IMG/VR virus record: IMGVR_UViG_3300045988_104691
Source of the DNA: a virus
Direction: 5' to 3' (one strand)
DNA: 62,793 nt
This document shows, piece by piece, positions 41,433 to 51,898 of this stretch; position 1 is the stretch's first letter; every line of letters starts with the position of its first letter. Under the pieces are notes generated by a model that ran no database searches, had not been told where the DNA came from, and was given only the letters and a program-made list of their open reading frames with translations. The translations under genes were made by a program, and so were the position numbers.

Positions 41433-41923
41433 TGCCTCTTCTTCCCGTTGATTACGCACGTCATCCCGAGGAGCGTCCGCAGGCGGATTTCGATTCGCTG
41501 GTGTATACGCTCCTGTGCAAGGGGTTCGAGGCGAATGAGCGTTGGCCGGGCGTGCATGTGTTGAACGAGGTTGACGTTGACGTTGACGCGTGGGCCAGTT
41601 TTTCGGATGTGGTGCTGTTCCATACGAACGCGCCGAAGCCCGCGTCCAATAATCATTCGACCGGCGTGTGGGATTGTCTCATCGACATCGTCATCGCCAC
41701 TCCCGATGCGGACCGTTCGTTCGCTCTCGCGTCAGAAGTGTATCAGCAGATCAGGCAGTGGCCCCGGTATGGGAGTACCGATTATGGCCGTGTCATCCGT
41801 ATCGTCGGCAATCCGGGGTTCGGTAAGAGCGCCGGTGGCAAGCAGGCGACCGGTAAGAAGGTCAAACAGTATTCCGCTTCGTCGTTCACCATCCGTGCGG
41901 AGGATTCGCTTCGTATCGGATGA
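41432..41923 (+). CDS. Tail terminator-like protein, 163 aa
   Basis: TGATG coupling. Position is immediately before the major tail gene. Confidence 0.45.
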   Translation: MPLLPVDYARHPEERPQADFDSLVYTLLCKGFEANERWPGVHVLNEVDVDVDAWASFSDVVLFHTNAPKPASNNHSTGVWDCLIDIVIATPDADRSFALASEVYQQIRQWPRYGSTDYGRVIRIVGNPGFGKSAGGKQATGKKVKQYSASSFTIRAEDSLRIG

Positions 41924-41948
41924 CCTAAATTTTCCCGATTTTTCCCAA

Positions 41949-41976
41949 GGCCCGCTTCATGGCGGGTCTTTTTGTT
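41949..41976 (+). terminator. Hairpin plus T-run upstream of the major tail gene
   Basis: GGCCCGC-TTCAT-GGCGGGTC followed by TTTTTGTTT. Confidence 0.5.
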
Positions 41977-41991
41977 TAAGGAGATCAAGAC

Positions 41992-42600
41992 ATGGCGTTT
42001 AATGATGACGCAACCCTTATCGCGACCTATGGAACCTTGTTCTATGCTCCGGTGGGTACCCTTCTGCCGAAGGATGGTGCCAAGGGTTTCAAGCTCAATT
42101 CCGATACCATCCCGTCTTCGGATAATACGGGTGGTACCGACCCGAAGAAGGTGTGGACGAATCTGGGCCATACTTCCGCCGATAACAAGATTTCGTTCTC
42201 GTTCGACGGCGGTGACGCCACTTCGCATAATTCGTGGGCTCGTAAGAACCTGCGTACCACTTATGCGGATTCGACCTGCACCATCACCGCGAAGAGCCTC
42301 CAGTTGGATACCGACACGTTGAAGCTGATCTACAACGGTGCCGATGAGGATGGCGGCGTTGGCGTGGATATCACCAAGAAGCCGCAGTCCTTCAGCCTGT
42401 TCCTTCTGGCGCAGGAGGATTCCGATGATGCTTCGAAGATTCGTTTCGGCACCCTGTTCCGTAAGGTGTCGGCCACTTTCGATGGTGGTCCTGACTTCTC
42501 GGGCGATGATTTCGTGGAGCAGGGTATGACCGCCGAGGTCGAGACCGTTGCCGGCAAGAAGCCGATTGTGTTCTTCCCCGAGTCGGTCATGGCTGCCTGA
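41992..42600 (+). CDS. Major tail protein, 202 aa
   Basis: Strong AAGGAG RBS. Position is before the G/T chaperones. Confidence 0.75.
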   Translation: MAFNDDATLIATYGTLFYAPVGTLLPKDGAKGFKLNSDTIPSSDNTGGTDPKKVWTNLGHTSADNKISFSFDGGDATSHNSWARKNLRTTYADSTCTITAKSLQLDTDTLKLIYNGADEDGGVGVDITKKPQSFSLFLLAQEDSDDASKIRFGTLFRKVSATFDGGPDFSGDDFVEQGMTAEVETVAGKKPIVFFPESVMAA

Positions 42601-42718
42601 TAGCGCTTTGGCCGTTGATGCCGGACTCCCGTCCTCCTATCCGGGGGCCCGGCTGTTTTTCACCCGTTTTCATGCGGATAGATAGGAGATTTTCTGACTT
42701 TTGATGATAGGAGAAATC

Positions 42719-43192
42719 ATGGTTGATGAGGTCAAGGATACGACCGTCGAGGCTGGCGTGGACGAGTCGGGTGCGGGGGATGATGCCTTCCACATGCCTG
42801 AGACTTGGGCTGAAATGTGTGAGGGCGAGCCGTTGTTCGTCCTGTTGCCTGAACTGGTTCCTGCGGAACGGTTGAAGTTCAGGCAGGCCGCCGAGCTTCG
42901 TAAGCTGTCCGGGATGGCCGGGTTCACGTTGCGTGAGGGGACCACCGGCCCTGTTGAGGCTTCGATGCGTGACGTGGAGTCGAAGATCGACGAGCGTATG
43001 GATTTCGTCGAGAGGGCTTTGGATTGGGTGAAGTCCCTGACCTCCCAGCCGGAGAAGGTTGACGAGTGGACGTTGGGTATCGGCTTGGATGAACTGTTCT
43101 GGCTGGTCGAGTCGATTCTGCTGTTCTATACGGACCAACTGGGAAAATCACTCGATTCGAAGCGCAGGTCCGCAAGCACCCCGTCGAACTGA
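42719..43192 (+). CDS. Tail assembly chaperone (gpG-like), 157 aa
   Basis: ATG 42719 follows AGGAG. Acidic protein that ends just after the slippery site. Confidence 0.75.
   Translation: MVDEVKDTTVEAGVDESGAGDDAFHMPETWAEMCEGEPLFVLLPELVPAERLKFRQAAELRKLSGMAGFTLREGTTGPVEASMRDVESKIDERMDFVERALDWVKSLTSQPEKVDEWTLGIGLDELFWLVESILLFYTDQLGKSLDSKRRSASTPSN
43141..43147 (+). promoter_or_regulatory. -1 programmed frameshift slippery heptamer G GGA AAA
   Basis: X XXY YYZ pattern in the 0 frame of the G gene. The -1 frame is open from here to 43581. Confidence 0.7.
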
Positions 43193-43581
43193 CGGCGGAT
43201 TTCCAACGCTTCTACTGTATTGATTTGACCGCGGGAGCGTTGAATCCCGCTCGTGCGGAACGCTTGGCAGCCGGTCTCATGGCCATGCCCGATAGCCTGT
43301 ACCGTGCAAAGATGCTGGAGGAGGCCCCCGCTTCGGAGGATGAAGGGCGGGATGGTGCGAAGCCTCTGGTGTTGCCATGGCTTGGCTGGGATTCCAAGGC
43401 GATGATCGAGGCCGATATCCGTAACATGATGGATTCGGTGATCGTCGCCAAGTATGGTGGCAAGGGTTCCGAACCGCATCCGATGCTGCCGCCCGGCGCA
43501 GACAAGGAGCCGCCACGTCGGGAGAACGAGGGCACGGAGGAGAATTTCATGCGGATGTTCTCCAAGTTCCATATGACCTGA
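43147..43581 (+). CDS. gpT-like extension of the tail assembly chaperone, made as a G-T fusion by -1 frameshift
   Basis: The -1 frame runs continuously from the slippery site and matches track ORF 43225-43581. No independent RBS. Confidence 0.65.
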   Translation: MTRFEAQVRKHPVELTADFQRFYCIDLTAGALNPARAERLAAGLMAMPDSLYRAKMLEEAPASEDEGRDGAKPLVLPWLGWDSKAMIEADIRNMMDSVIVAKYGGKGSEPHPMLPPGADKEPPRRENEGTEENFMRMFSKFHMT

Positions 43582-43601
43582 GTTCGGTTCCGTTTTCGTT
43601 T

Positions 43602-43637
43602 AGCCCCGCCCGTTATCGGTGCGGGGCTTTCCTTTTG
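43602..43637 (+). terminator. Hairpin plus T-rich tract before the tape measure gene
   Basis: AGCCCCGC is the complement of GCGGGGCT, followed by TTCCTTTT. Confidence 0.45.
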
Positions 43638-43654
43638 GCTTTCATGGGGGTTTC

Positions 43655-46600
43655 ATGGCGGGAGAGCATAGGGGTGGTACTGTCGTCGTCCGTGTGACGG
43701 CGGATACGAAGGGGTTCCGTGAGCAGGTCGAACGTGCCGCCCGTGGCATCGATGATATTCGTCTTGACGCGAATTTCCTTCCCGATACCGCACGGTTGGA
43801 ACGTACGTATAGGGAGTGGAACGGCAAGGATGCCACCATTCATATGCGGTTTGAGGCGGACGCGAAGGGGTCCGACCCGGTGCTTCGCCGGTGGAACGAG
43901 CAGGCGGAGGCCCTTCGCCGTAAGTTCAACTACAAGCCCGTATTGGATGATTCGCGTGTCAACCGTTCCCTCAAGCAGCTTGAGGCGAGGACGGAGAAGG
44001 TGTTCGCGAAGGGTGAATCCTTCTCGAAGCGTCTCACTCCGAAGAAGGAGGATGTTCTTCCCAATTGGCTTGACAAGAGCGTTGACGAGTTCCGGCGTAA
44101 GCAGTATGACCTGTATAAGCAGGTGCATGGGCTTCTTGCCAATAACAAGAACCTGTCCGAACAGCAGCGTAAGCAGTTCGCCGATCTGACCCGCGAGGCG
44201 GTGAAGAGTTCGAACCGTATGCGCGACCTGAAGCAGGAGTTGGGCCGTCAGACCGCCGCATACAATGAGCTGGCCGAAGCGCGTAAGAGGGCGAAGAAGG
44301 CGGGGGAGCGGACCGGTGACCTGTGGGAGCAGGAGAGGGTTGCCCGCAAGCAGATCACGCAGACCACGAAGGCCGTTGACCGTGAGGCGAAGGCGCTTGC
44401 CGGATTGCATGCGCAGCAGGCAGACCTCATCGATGTCGCCGCCGGTGGGGATGGCAAGCAGATTTCGAAGCTGACCCGTAAGGTGGCCGCTTTCGAGAAG
44501 CAGATCGTCTCCACGTCCAAGTCGTTGGGCGAGTATTCCAAGGCGCGTGACACGGCGTTGGGCCGCATGTCAATGCAAAGCTCCTACGGTAAGTGGTTCA
44601 GGCAGCAGACCGTCGATGGCAGTGCGTACGTCAAGGATCTTATCGCCAAGCAGAAGCAGGCGCAGCTTGAACGTGAAAAACTCGCCCAAGAAGCCGACAA
44701 GGGGTTGAGCTTCAATGAGGTGAGCGGACGTGAGGGTTGGAACCGTCAACGCCGGCAGGCCGAAGAGCTCATCGAAACGTACCGGAAGGTCCGTGAAACC
44801 CTTTCCGGCGATGTGGCCGCATTGAAGCGGAACAATTCCGACTGGTTCAACCTTGACGAGTATAAGAAGTCCGTCAAGGCGTTGACCGAAGTGGATGAGC
44901 GTATCTCCCGGTTGAAGAAGAATCCGGTCATCACCGAGAAGGTGAGGTTGGATGGTTCGCAGTTCCAGAAGGACCTTGCGGACATTCTCGCCAAGAACGG
45001 CAATCGTCTTCATTATGATGCGCGTATCAAGTTCTATGCGGATAATCTCAAGCAGGTCCGTAGGCAGATGGAACAGTTGAAGCTCGACGGCGTTGAGGTG
45101 CCGGTCAGGCTGAAGGCGCGTCTGCGTGAATTGAAAAGGCAGTTGGCCTACAATAAGGCGCGGTTGGAGAAGGACCCGAACGCCGTCGTCCGGTATGACG
45201 TGCAGGGGAATTTCGAGAAGGTCAGTTCCGAAATCGCCAAGTGGAAGGACCAGCAGGTCCGTATCCGCATGTATGTGGATGGGGCTGAGGCGGTTCGTCG
45301 TGAGATGGCTGAGATCAGCCATAGGCGTCTTGACGTGCCGGTGCGTTTGCAGGCCGAATATGCGCAGGTCGAGTCGGCGATGCGCAAGTATGCGGCCGAG
45401 TTGAAGAACAATCCGGATGCGGAGATTCCGGCCGAACTGCATATCAATAAGAGGCATGCCGAGGAGGAGCTGAAGCGGTTCAAGGAGAAGAACGACACCC
45501 TTGACATGGATGTCGATCTGGAGACCGCGATGGCCCGCGCACATCTCGCCTATTTCACCCGTCCTCGTACGGTCGATATCTTCGCGAAGTTCCATGGCAC
45601 TGACCTTGGCCGGATTCTTGGCGGCATGACGTATGGCGCGTCCGGTCTGAAGGGTGTGGAGAACAGTTTCCAGAACCTCGTGAACCTGATGGACACGTTG
45701 GATAAGAAGGTGCCACGTCTTGCGGTGGTGTCCACGGTCCTTTCCGATATCGGCGCCGGTGCCATCAATCTTGCCGGTACGGTCGGCGGTTTGAGCAAGA
45801 GCATCGTGAGCCTGTCGAAGGCCGCGTATGTGCTGCCTACCGCGTTGACCGGCATGGCCGCCGTGTATTCGACGTTCAAGATGATCTACGGTGACAAGGG
45901 CACCACTTGGGCTGAGAACATTGATTTCACCAATACGAAGCTTGCCGAACTGTCCAGTAGCGTGCAGAAGGCGTTCTATGGCGTGGCCAAGCCCGCCATC
46001 ATGGAGACCGCGAACCTGATCGGCGATTCCCTCGTACCTGAGATGAGCACGCTCGCCAAACATGAGGGCGAGATCGTCGAAGGGTTGATGAAGGCCGTCC
46101 AATCGTCGTATGATGCGAATGAGCTTCCGGCCATCTTCGACCGTGTGAACGCTTCGATGGATAATCTCGTTCCCGGCATGGAGTCGCTTATCACCGCTTT
46201 GTCCCATGTGGGCATGGTGGGCGGCAAGTATTTACCGCAGTTCGCGCAGTGGCTCAGCAAGGATGCCGAATGGTTCTCCAAGTGGGCCGAGAATGTGATG
46301 AACGATTCCGACCGCGTGGATACGGCCATGTCCGCAGTCAAGGAGCAGGCCGGTTATCTTGGTTCGTCCCTGAGGTCGTTGAAAGGCATTCTGGAGGGTG
46401 CGTTCACTCCGCTGGCGCAGTATCAGAACGGGTTGGAACAGTTCAGCACCGTGTTGGAGAAGGCGAACCGCGCCGTGAACTCCATGAGCGCTCAGGATAC
46501 TTTGAACGCTTGGGTGACCGGTGCGCGTAACGCCCAGAAGGGCGTGCGTGACGCGTTCAACGATATCGGCGACGCGGCGAACGAGATGCGTTCCGACGTT

Positions 46601-49600
46601 GCCGGGGTAATGGCGAATCTTGGACAGTTGACAGGTAATTTCATCGCCGACGTGTCCAAGCTGGGCGCCGGAACGTCAGGTGGCATTCTCTCGTTCTCCG
46701 AGAACGTGCGTGACGGGCTGAGCATGGTCATGTCCTCGATTTCGTCGGCTTCGCCGATGTTCTCCGATCTGATTCGCATGGCGGGCCAGTTGTCCAAGAC
46801 GTTCGGCGGTACGTTCGCCAATTCGTTGAAGGCCGCGGCTCCGACCATCGAGGCCATTGCGAATATGACCAGTCTTGTGTCCGAGGCGGTGTCGAAGCTC
46901 CCCGCTCCGATTCAGGGCATGTTGGGCTTGTGGGCGACGTTCGGTCGTGCCGGCGTGAGCGCGTGGACCGCGTTGAAGACCGGCGCGTTGGAGACCATCC
47001 AGAACACGATGAACTATCAGAACACGTTGCGCCAGTTGGGTGTTACGGCTGATAGCACGAGGGTGAAGTTCACCCAGCTGTTGGCCGCGATGGCACAGTT
47101 GGAGCGGAACAATGCCGCCGCATCGTTGACGGGTAATGCCGCCATGTATGGCAACGTGGCCGGATTGTTCACGTCGTCCGCCAAGGGCATGAACAATATG
47201 GCCTCCGAGGCTGAGAATGCCGCTACCGCCGTCGCCAAGACCGGTACCGAGGCCCGTCTCGCCGCCGAGGGCGCCGTCATGTTGGGCAGCGCGTCCGCCT
47301 CCGCCGCGAAGGGTGTCGGAGACGTAGGTTCGAACGTGTCCCCGGCGAAGAAGGCGTTGAGCGGATTGAAGTCCGTCGCCTCCGATGCCGGTACCGTATT
47401 GTTGGGCATGTTCGGCGGCCCTGCGGGCATCGCGTTGACAGCCGGGCTGACGATTGCGGGTACGGCGTTCAGCGCGTATTCGCAGCATGTGTCCAAGGGC
47501 AAGAGCGAGGTCGAATCGTTCAATCAGGCCGCTAACGCCACTCCGATGGCGTTGTCGGCTCAGGCTTCCTCGTTGGATGAGCTGAAGAACCGTTTGGATA
47601 ATTTCAGTTCCAAGACCAAGGAGACGTTCGGCACGTCCCGTGATTTCTTCGACAAGTTCAAACTTGGGCAGGTGTCGGCGAAGGATTTCGATAACGTGTC
47701 CGACGCGTTGGCGCGATTGAACAAGAACGAGGATGAGGCGGCCAAGGCGGCTTCCGGTTCCACGAAGGAATACGATAAGTACATCAAGTCGCTGGAGAAG
47801 ATCGAAAGCGCCGGCATCGGCTCGCAGACGACGACAGCCGGTGGTATTACTACGGTGACTACCACGTTGACCGAACAGGCCAAGGCCGCTCAGGTCACCC
47901 GTGAGAGTTTGGAGAAGCTCCGTAAGGAGCAGACCGAAGCCTTGCAGGAGAAGGCCACCGCAGCCAATAAGAACGCCGACTACGTGCAGACGCTGCTCGA
48001 TGAGGGGCAAAGCTACCAGTCCATCGCTGACGGGTTGCTGTCCGACACCGAGAAGGAGGAGCGTCACACGTCCGTGGTCAGCGCCCTTTCCAAGGAGTTG
48101 AGTTCCCAGAGGAATGCGACCATCCAGCTTGCCGCCTCGTCCAGCGCCTACTATAAGACGCTTGAACAGGTGAAGACCAGCATCAAGCAGGTGCAGGAGC
48201 TTCACGAGCAGGGGCAGCGGATTTGGGATGACCAGAAGAGGAATTTCGACCTTACTACCGAGGCCGGCCGTGGAGCTTCCGACGTTCTGACTTCGCTTGC
48301 TACGAGTTCCAACGATTATCTGACGGCCATGATCGCTCAGGGCGCGAGTGCCGATGATGTGATCGCCAAGCAGAAGGAACTGTCCGATAATTTCAACAGT
48401 CAGGCGCGTGATGCCGGTGTGGCCGAGGATGCCATCAACGGGTTGAACGATAGCATGTTGATGACTCCGAAGGAGATTCGCACTCAGGTCAGCGTTCAGG
48501 CGTTGGAGGCTCAGAAGACCCTTGCCGACATCGTCGAAAGCATGTCCTACCTGTTCCCAGACAAGTCTCGCGAACAGACCAAGACAATGCTGCTGACATC
48601 CGTTTGGAACGGGAAGACCGATGCGGAACAGTTGCAGAAGATAGTCGAACAGCTGACGGACGGCAAGCATGAGATTCAGTTCACTGCTGATGGCACGCCG
48701 GTCGTGGTCGAATCGGATAAGATCACGAACATACTGTCGCAGATTCCTTCGTTGAAGGAGACGTATCTTCAGGCCCGTATCAGCGGCCAGTCCGAGGCTG
48801 ACGCATTGAAGACGACCATCGAACAGGTGCCATCGTTGAAGGAAGCGTATCTTCAGGCGAAGGCCGATGGCAAGAGCGACATTGACGCGTTGAAGGATGC
48901 GATCAACTCCGTGCCGGAATTGAAGAAGGCGTATGCTAAGGCGAAGGCCGAAGGCAAGGATGAGGTCGATGCGCTGATCGACGCGTTGAAGGCGTTGCCG
49001 GAGGAGAAGAAGACCAAGGTCAAGACCGAAGGTACCGAGGAGTCCAAGAAGAAGCTGGACGACTTGGAGAAGAAGAAGGTTCCCGCAGCCAAGGGCGTCA
49101 GCTTCAAGATCGATGCCGACGACAATGATGCGAACGTGAAGCTCGCCAAGTATACGAGTTATAACAATGTGACTCTTGCGACGGCTCACGCGTATGTTGA
49201 CGGTGATGATTCCGGCGCTCAGAACGCGTTCAACAACACCCGGTCCTATGATGGGGTGACGTTGGCCCGTCCGTGGGGTCGCGTGCAGGGTGAGCATACG
49301 CTTGCCGATCTTGCTTTCGCGGCGATACGGGCGTTCGATAACGTGACCATTGCACGCCCGTGGGGCCGTGTGATGGGCGAGAACAATGATGCGCAGCGGG
49401 CGTTCAGGGACACCCGGGCGTACGATGGCATGACTATCTCCCGTCCGTGGGGCCGTGTGATGGGCGATGATTCCCATGCTCAGAACGTGTTCAATACCAT
49501 CCGTAAGTATGATGGTACGATTCTTGCCACTCGTTATGTTGATATCGTCACTCGTGGCGGTACGAGCAGTCGTAGTGGCGGTGATGGTAGCGTGTCTGCG

Positions 49601-50032
49601 GCGACCGGTGGACGTATTCATGGTCCGGGTACCGCCACGTCGGATTCCATTCCGGCTTGGCTGTCTACCGGCGAGCATGTGATTCGTGCGTATGCGGTCG
49701 ATAAGCTGGATAGAACCATCGGCCCGAATTTCCTGAACGTGTTGAACCGTACGGGTGATTTGGACAAGGCCATCGCTCAGGCCCGTAAGTCGTATAGGTC
49801 TTCGGCTTATGGCTTGTCTCGTATGGCTTATGCGTCTGGCGGCCGTGTGAATGGCATGATGCAGCAGTATAAGGTCGAGGTCATGCCGAATATCATTGTT
49901 CCGGAGTCCAATGGTACGACCGTCAATCAGACGTTCAACACGAAGGTCGTCCGCAGTAATGATGACCTGTATGCGGCCGCGCCGATCTTGCATCGTAACG
50001 CGTTGGCCGAGGCTAGGAGGTTCCAACGGTGA
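43655..50032 (+). CDS. Tape measure protein, 2125 aa
   Basis: Very long helical Ala/Lys/Glu-rich ORF after the G/T genes, with internal tandem repeats near the C-terminus. Confidence 0.9.
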   Translation: MAGEHRGGTVVVRVTADTKGFREQVERAARGIDDIRLDANFLPDTARLERTYREWNGKDATIHMRFEADAKGSDPVLRRWNEQAEALRRKFNYKPVLDDSRVNRSLKQLEARTEKVFAKGESFSKRLTPKKEDVLPNWLDKSVDEFRRKQYDLYKQVHGLLANNKNLSEQQRKQFADLTREAVKSSNRMRDLKQELGRQTAAYNELAEARKRAKKAGERTGDLWEQERVARKQITQTTKAVDREAKALAGLHAQQADLIDVAAGGDGKQISKLTRKVAAFEKQIVSTSKSLGEYSKARDTALGRMSMQSSYGKWFRQQTVDGSAYVKDLIAKQKQAQLEREKLAQEADKGLSFNEVSGREGWNRQRRQAEELIETYRKVRETLSGDVAALKRNNSDWFNLDEYKKSVKALTEVDERISRLKKNPVITEKVRLDGSQFQKDLADILAKNGNRLHYDARIKFYADNLKQVRRQMEQLKLDGVEVPVRLKARLRELKRQLAYNKARLEKDPNAVVRYDVQGNFEKVSSEIAKWKDQQVRIRMYVDGAEAVRREMAEISHRRLDVPVRLQAEYAQVESAMRKYAAELKNNPDAEIPAELHINKRHAEEELKRFKEKNDTLDMDVDLETAMARAHLAYFTRPRTVDIFAKFHGTDLGRILGGMTYGASGLKGVENSFQNLVNLMDTLDKKVPRLAVVSTVLSDIGAGAINLAGTVGGLSKSIVSLSKAAYVLPTALTGMAAVYSTFKMIYGDKGTTWAENIDFTNTKLAELSSSVQKAFYGVAKPAIMETANLIGDSLVPEMSTLAKHEGEIVEGLMKAVQSSYDANELPAIFDRVNASMDNLVPGMESLITALSHVGMVGGKYLPQFAQWLSKDAEWFSKWAENVMNDSDRVDTAMSAVKEQAGYLGSSLRSLKGILEGAFTPLAQYQNGLEQFSTVLEKANRAVNSMSAQDTLNAWVTGARNAQKGVRDAFNDIGDAANEMRSDVAGVMANLGQLTGNFIADVSKLGAGTSGGILSFSENVRDGLSMVMSSISSASPMFSDLIRMAGQLSKTFGGTFANSLKAAAPTIEAIANMTSLVSEAVSKLPAPIQGMLGLWATFGRAGVSAWTALKTGALETIQNTMNYQNTLRQLGVTADSTRVKFTQLLAAMAQLERNNAAASLTGNAAMYGNVAGLFTSSAKGMNNMASEAENAATAVAKTGTEARLAAEGAVMLGSASASAAKGVGDVGSNVSPAKKALSGLKSVASDAGTVLLGMFGGPAGIALTAGLTIAGTAFSAYSQHVSKGKSEVESFNQAANATPMALSAQASSLDELKNRLDNFSSKTKETFGTSRDFFDKFKLGQVSAKDFDNVSDALARLNKNEDEAAKAASGSTKEYDKYIKSLEKIESAGIGSQTTTAGGITTVTTTLTEQAKAAQVTRESLEKLRKEQTEALQEKATAANKNADYVQTLLDEGQSYQSIADGLLSDTEKEERHTSVVSALSKELSSQRNATIQLAASSSAYYKTLEQVKTSIKQVQELHEQGQRIWDDQKRNFDLTTEAGRGASDVLTSLATSSNDYLTAMIAQGASADDVIAKQKELSDNFNSQARDAGVAEDAINGLNDSMLMTPKEIRTQVSVQALEAQKTLADIVESMSYLFPDKSREQTKTMLLTSVWNGKTDAEQLQKIVEQLTDGKHEIQFTADGTPVVVESDKITNILSQIPSLKETYLQARISGQSEADALKTTIEQVPSLKEAYLQAKADGKSDIDALKDAINSVPELKKAYAKAKAEGKDEVDALIDALKALPEEKKTKVKTEGTEESKKKLDDLEKKKVPAAKGVSFKIDADDNDANVKLAKYTSYNNVTLATAHAYVDGDDSGAQNAFNNTRSYDGVTLARPWGRVQGEHTLADLAFAAIRAFDNVTIARPWGRVMGENNDAQRAFRDTRAYDGMTISRPWGRVMGDDSHAQNVFNTIRKYDGTILATRYVDIVTRGGTSSRSGGDGSVSAATGGRIHGPGTATSDSIPAWLSTGEHVIRAYAVDKLDRTIGPNFLNVLNRTGDLDKAIAQARKSYRSSAYGLSRMAYASGGRVNGMMQQYKVEVMPNIIVPESNGTTVNQTFNTKVVRSNDDLYAAAPILHRNALAEARRFQR

Positions 50033-50943
50033 GTGATGTTCCCGAACTGGTGGAATTGTCCGCTGCCGGACTGACGGTCACGTTCGATGGAGGCAACGGC
50101 GTCAATCCGAAGGATGACGTGCTGCTGATTTCCGAGGATGGCGTCGAGGGCTGGTATGATTCGCCGGATGACAAGACGGTGATGAGCGAACGCGGCCAAG
50201 GCGACGGCGCCCATGACGTATGGCAGTCAAATTTCCTGTATTCGGCCCGTGTCGTCACGATGCATTTCACGGTGGGGGCGCATGATCGCATCGGGGTGGT
50301 GCGCCTGTTGAACGACGTGCGCCGCGTGTGCGCCCACCGTAGGGTGAGGTTCCGTTTGAAGGATGCGACGCACGACTGCTACATAACGGGCCGTGCGTCG
50401 TGGAAGTCAAATGGCGGGTATGGCAAGGATGGCTGGCTGGGGGACAATACGTTGACGGTGACGTGCGAACGCCCCGAGATATTGTCCTCCGTGGAGTCCG
50501 CATGCCAGTTGGAGCCGTTGCACGCTTCGATGGTCGGAGGCGGCCTGAGGTACGGGGAGGCGTTGGATTCCCCCAAGGGCTTGCAGTATCCGCTGGCGTA
50601 CGGGTTGAAGGTCGACCGGAATGTGTCGAACGTCGCCATCCTATATAACGGGGGTACGTCGCGTGCGTATCCGACGTTCGAGGTGGTCGGCCCCATGCCG
50701 GACGGGGTGCGGTTGGATTTCCCCGGTACGGGCCAGTCCATCGTATGCTCCCAACCGGTGTACGGGGAGCCGCTCGTATTGGATTGCCGTTCGAGGACGG
50801 CCACGGTCGGCGGCTTGGACGTGTCGCGTACCCTGTCGGCCCGTGGCTTCCCCCAGATTCCCCCGTCGGGTTCGTTGAACGTCGTGTTGAGCAGTTTCGG
50901 CAATGGGTTTGTCAATTGTCGTGTCCGTGACACGTTCATGTAA
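50029..50943 (+). CDS. Distal tail protein (Dit-like), 304 aa
   Basis: GTG start overlaps the tape measure stop. Called from canonical position. Confidence 0.65.
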   Translation: MSDVPELVELSAAGLTVTFDGGNGVNPKDDVLLISEDGVEGWYDSPDDKTVMSERGQGDGAHDVWQSNFLYSARVVTMHFTVGAHDRIGVVRLLNDVRRVCAHRRVRFRLKDATHDCYITGRASWKSNGGYGKDGWLGDNTLTVTCERPEILSSVESACQLEPLHASMVGGGLRYGEALDSPKGLQYPLAYGLKVDRNVSNVAILYNGGTSRAYPTFEVVGPMPDGVRLDFPGTGQSIVCSQPVYGEPLVLDCRSRTATVGGLDVSRTLSARGFPQIPPSGSLNVVLSSFGNGFVNCRVRDTFM

Positions 50944-50956
50944 GGAGTTTCATTCT

Positions 50957-51898
50957 ATGGGTACTACCGCTTTGGGTGTCAGCCCGAACACTGACGGCGT
51001 GGGCGTGACCCCGCTGACGCACCGCCAAGTGTTGGGCGCGCAGTGGAGCAATACGGGCATCATCACCGGCCTGTCGGTGACGGGCCGTAGCGATCTGCGC
51101 TATAACGTGTCGGCGGGGGTCGCGGTCTGTTCACGTGGCGCGACGGACGGCAAGACGCTCGCCTACTATGAGGGCGGGCAGACCCCGGCGACGAGTGCGG
51201 GCGACCCGTCCAACCCGCGTATCGACGTGATATGGGTCAAGGCGAACAATCAGGTCGAATACAAGGATTCGGACAATCTGGTGACGGTCGGCGTCACGCA
51301 GGGCACTCCGTCCGCAAGCCCCGTCGCGCCCAACGTTCCGGCCGGGTGCACGGTGTTGCGTCGCATGAGGGTTCCCGCGTCCATGACCGTGACCACTTCC
51401 GCCACCGCTTCCGACAGCGCCGACTATGCGATACCGTATTCGGCTTCGATGGGCCGTCTGGCCTATTTCGAGAATCGTGCCGAAGGGCCCGCGAACTTCT
51501 CCAACAAGGTCGTGGAATATTATGACGAGGCGGTCACGTTCGACGTGCCGACCGACCGCCTGCTGGAATTAAGGTATCGCGCCACGGCATGCTGCGCCAT
51601 GAGGGGCCATCCGGACAAGCCTACGGAGAATGCCGGCGAGATGGCATGCTGGTTCGTATGCTTCCAGTTGGACGGGCAGGACGTTCCCAACTCGGGCGGC
51701 CAGTTCCAAGTGTCCCGCGCATGGCAGCCGGTGATGATCAGCACTCTGGTGCAGGTCAGTGCTGGCCGTCATACGGTGCGCATCCGCAACCATCGCGTCC
51801 CATGGGGCGAGAACGTGTATTTCGTCTGCCATTCCAACAAGGAGGAGACGTTCTCGCCGCGTATTCTGGAAGTGTGGGACAGGGGCGCGGCGAAGTGA
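50957..51898 (+). CDS. Minor tail protein, 313 aa
   Basis: AAGGAG RBS. Lies in the tail tip block. Confidence 0.55.
   Translation: MGTTALGVSPNTDGVGVTPLTHRQVLGAQWSNTGIITGLSVTGRSDLRYNVSAGVAVCSRGATDGKTLAYYEGGQTPATSAGDPSNPRIDVIWVKANNQVEYKDSDNLVTVGVTQGTPSASPVAPNVPAGCTVLRRMRVPASMTVTTSATASDSADYAIPYSASMGRLAYFENRAEGPANFSNKVVEYYDEAVTFDVPTDRLLELRYRATACCAMRGHPDKPTENAGEMACWFVCFQLDGQDVPNSGGQFQVSRAWQPVMISTLVQVSAGRHTVRIRNHRVPWGENVYFVCHSNKEETFSPRILEVWDRGAAK

Noticed and set aside
46676-50026. 1116-aa antisense ORF inside the tape measure gene. Similar long minus-strand ORFs occur at 32785-34923, 34938-36770, 44570-46207, 53811-56564 and 38938-40341.
   Set aside because: These are shadow ORFs opposite well-supported + strand genes in GC-rich DNA. 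Their products are Arg/His/Leu/Gly/Pro-rich and low in complexity. They have no RBS and share third-codon positions with the real genes.
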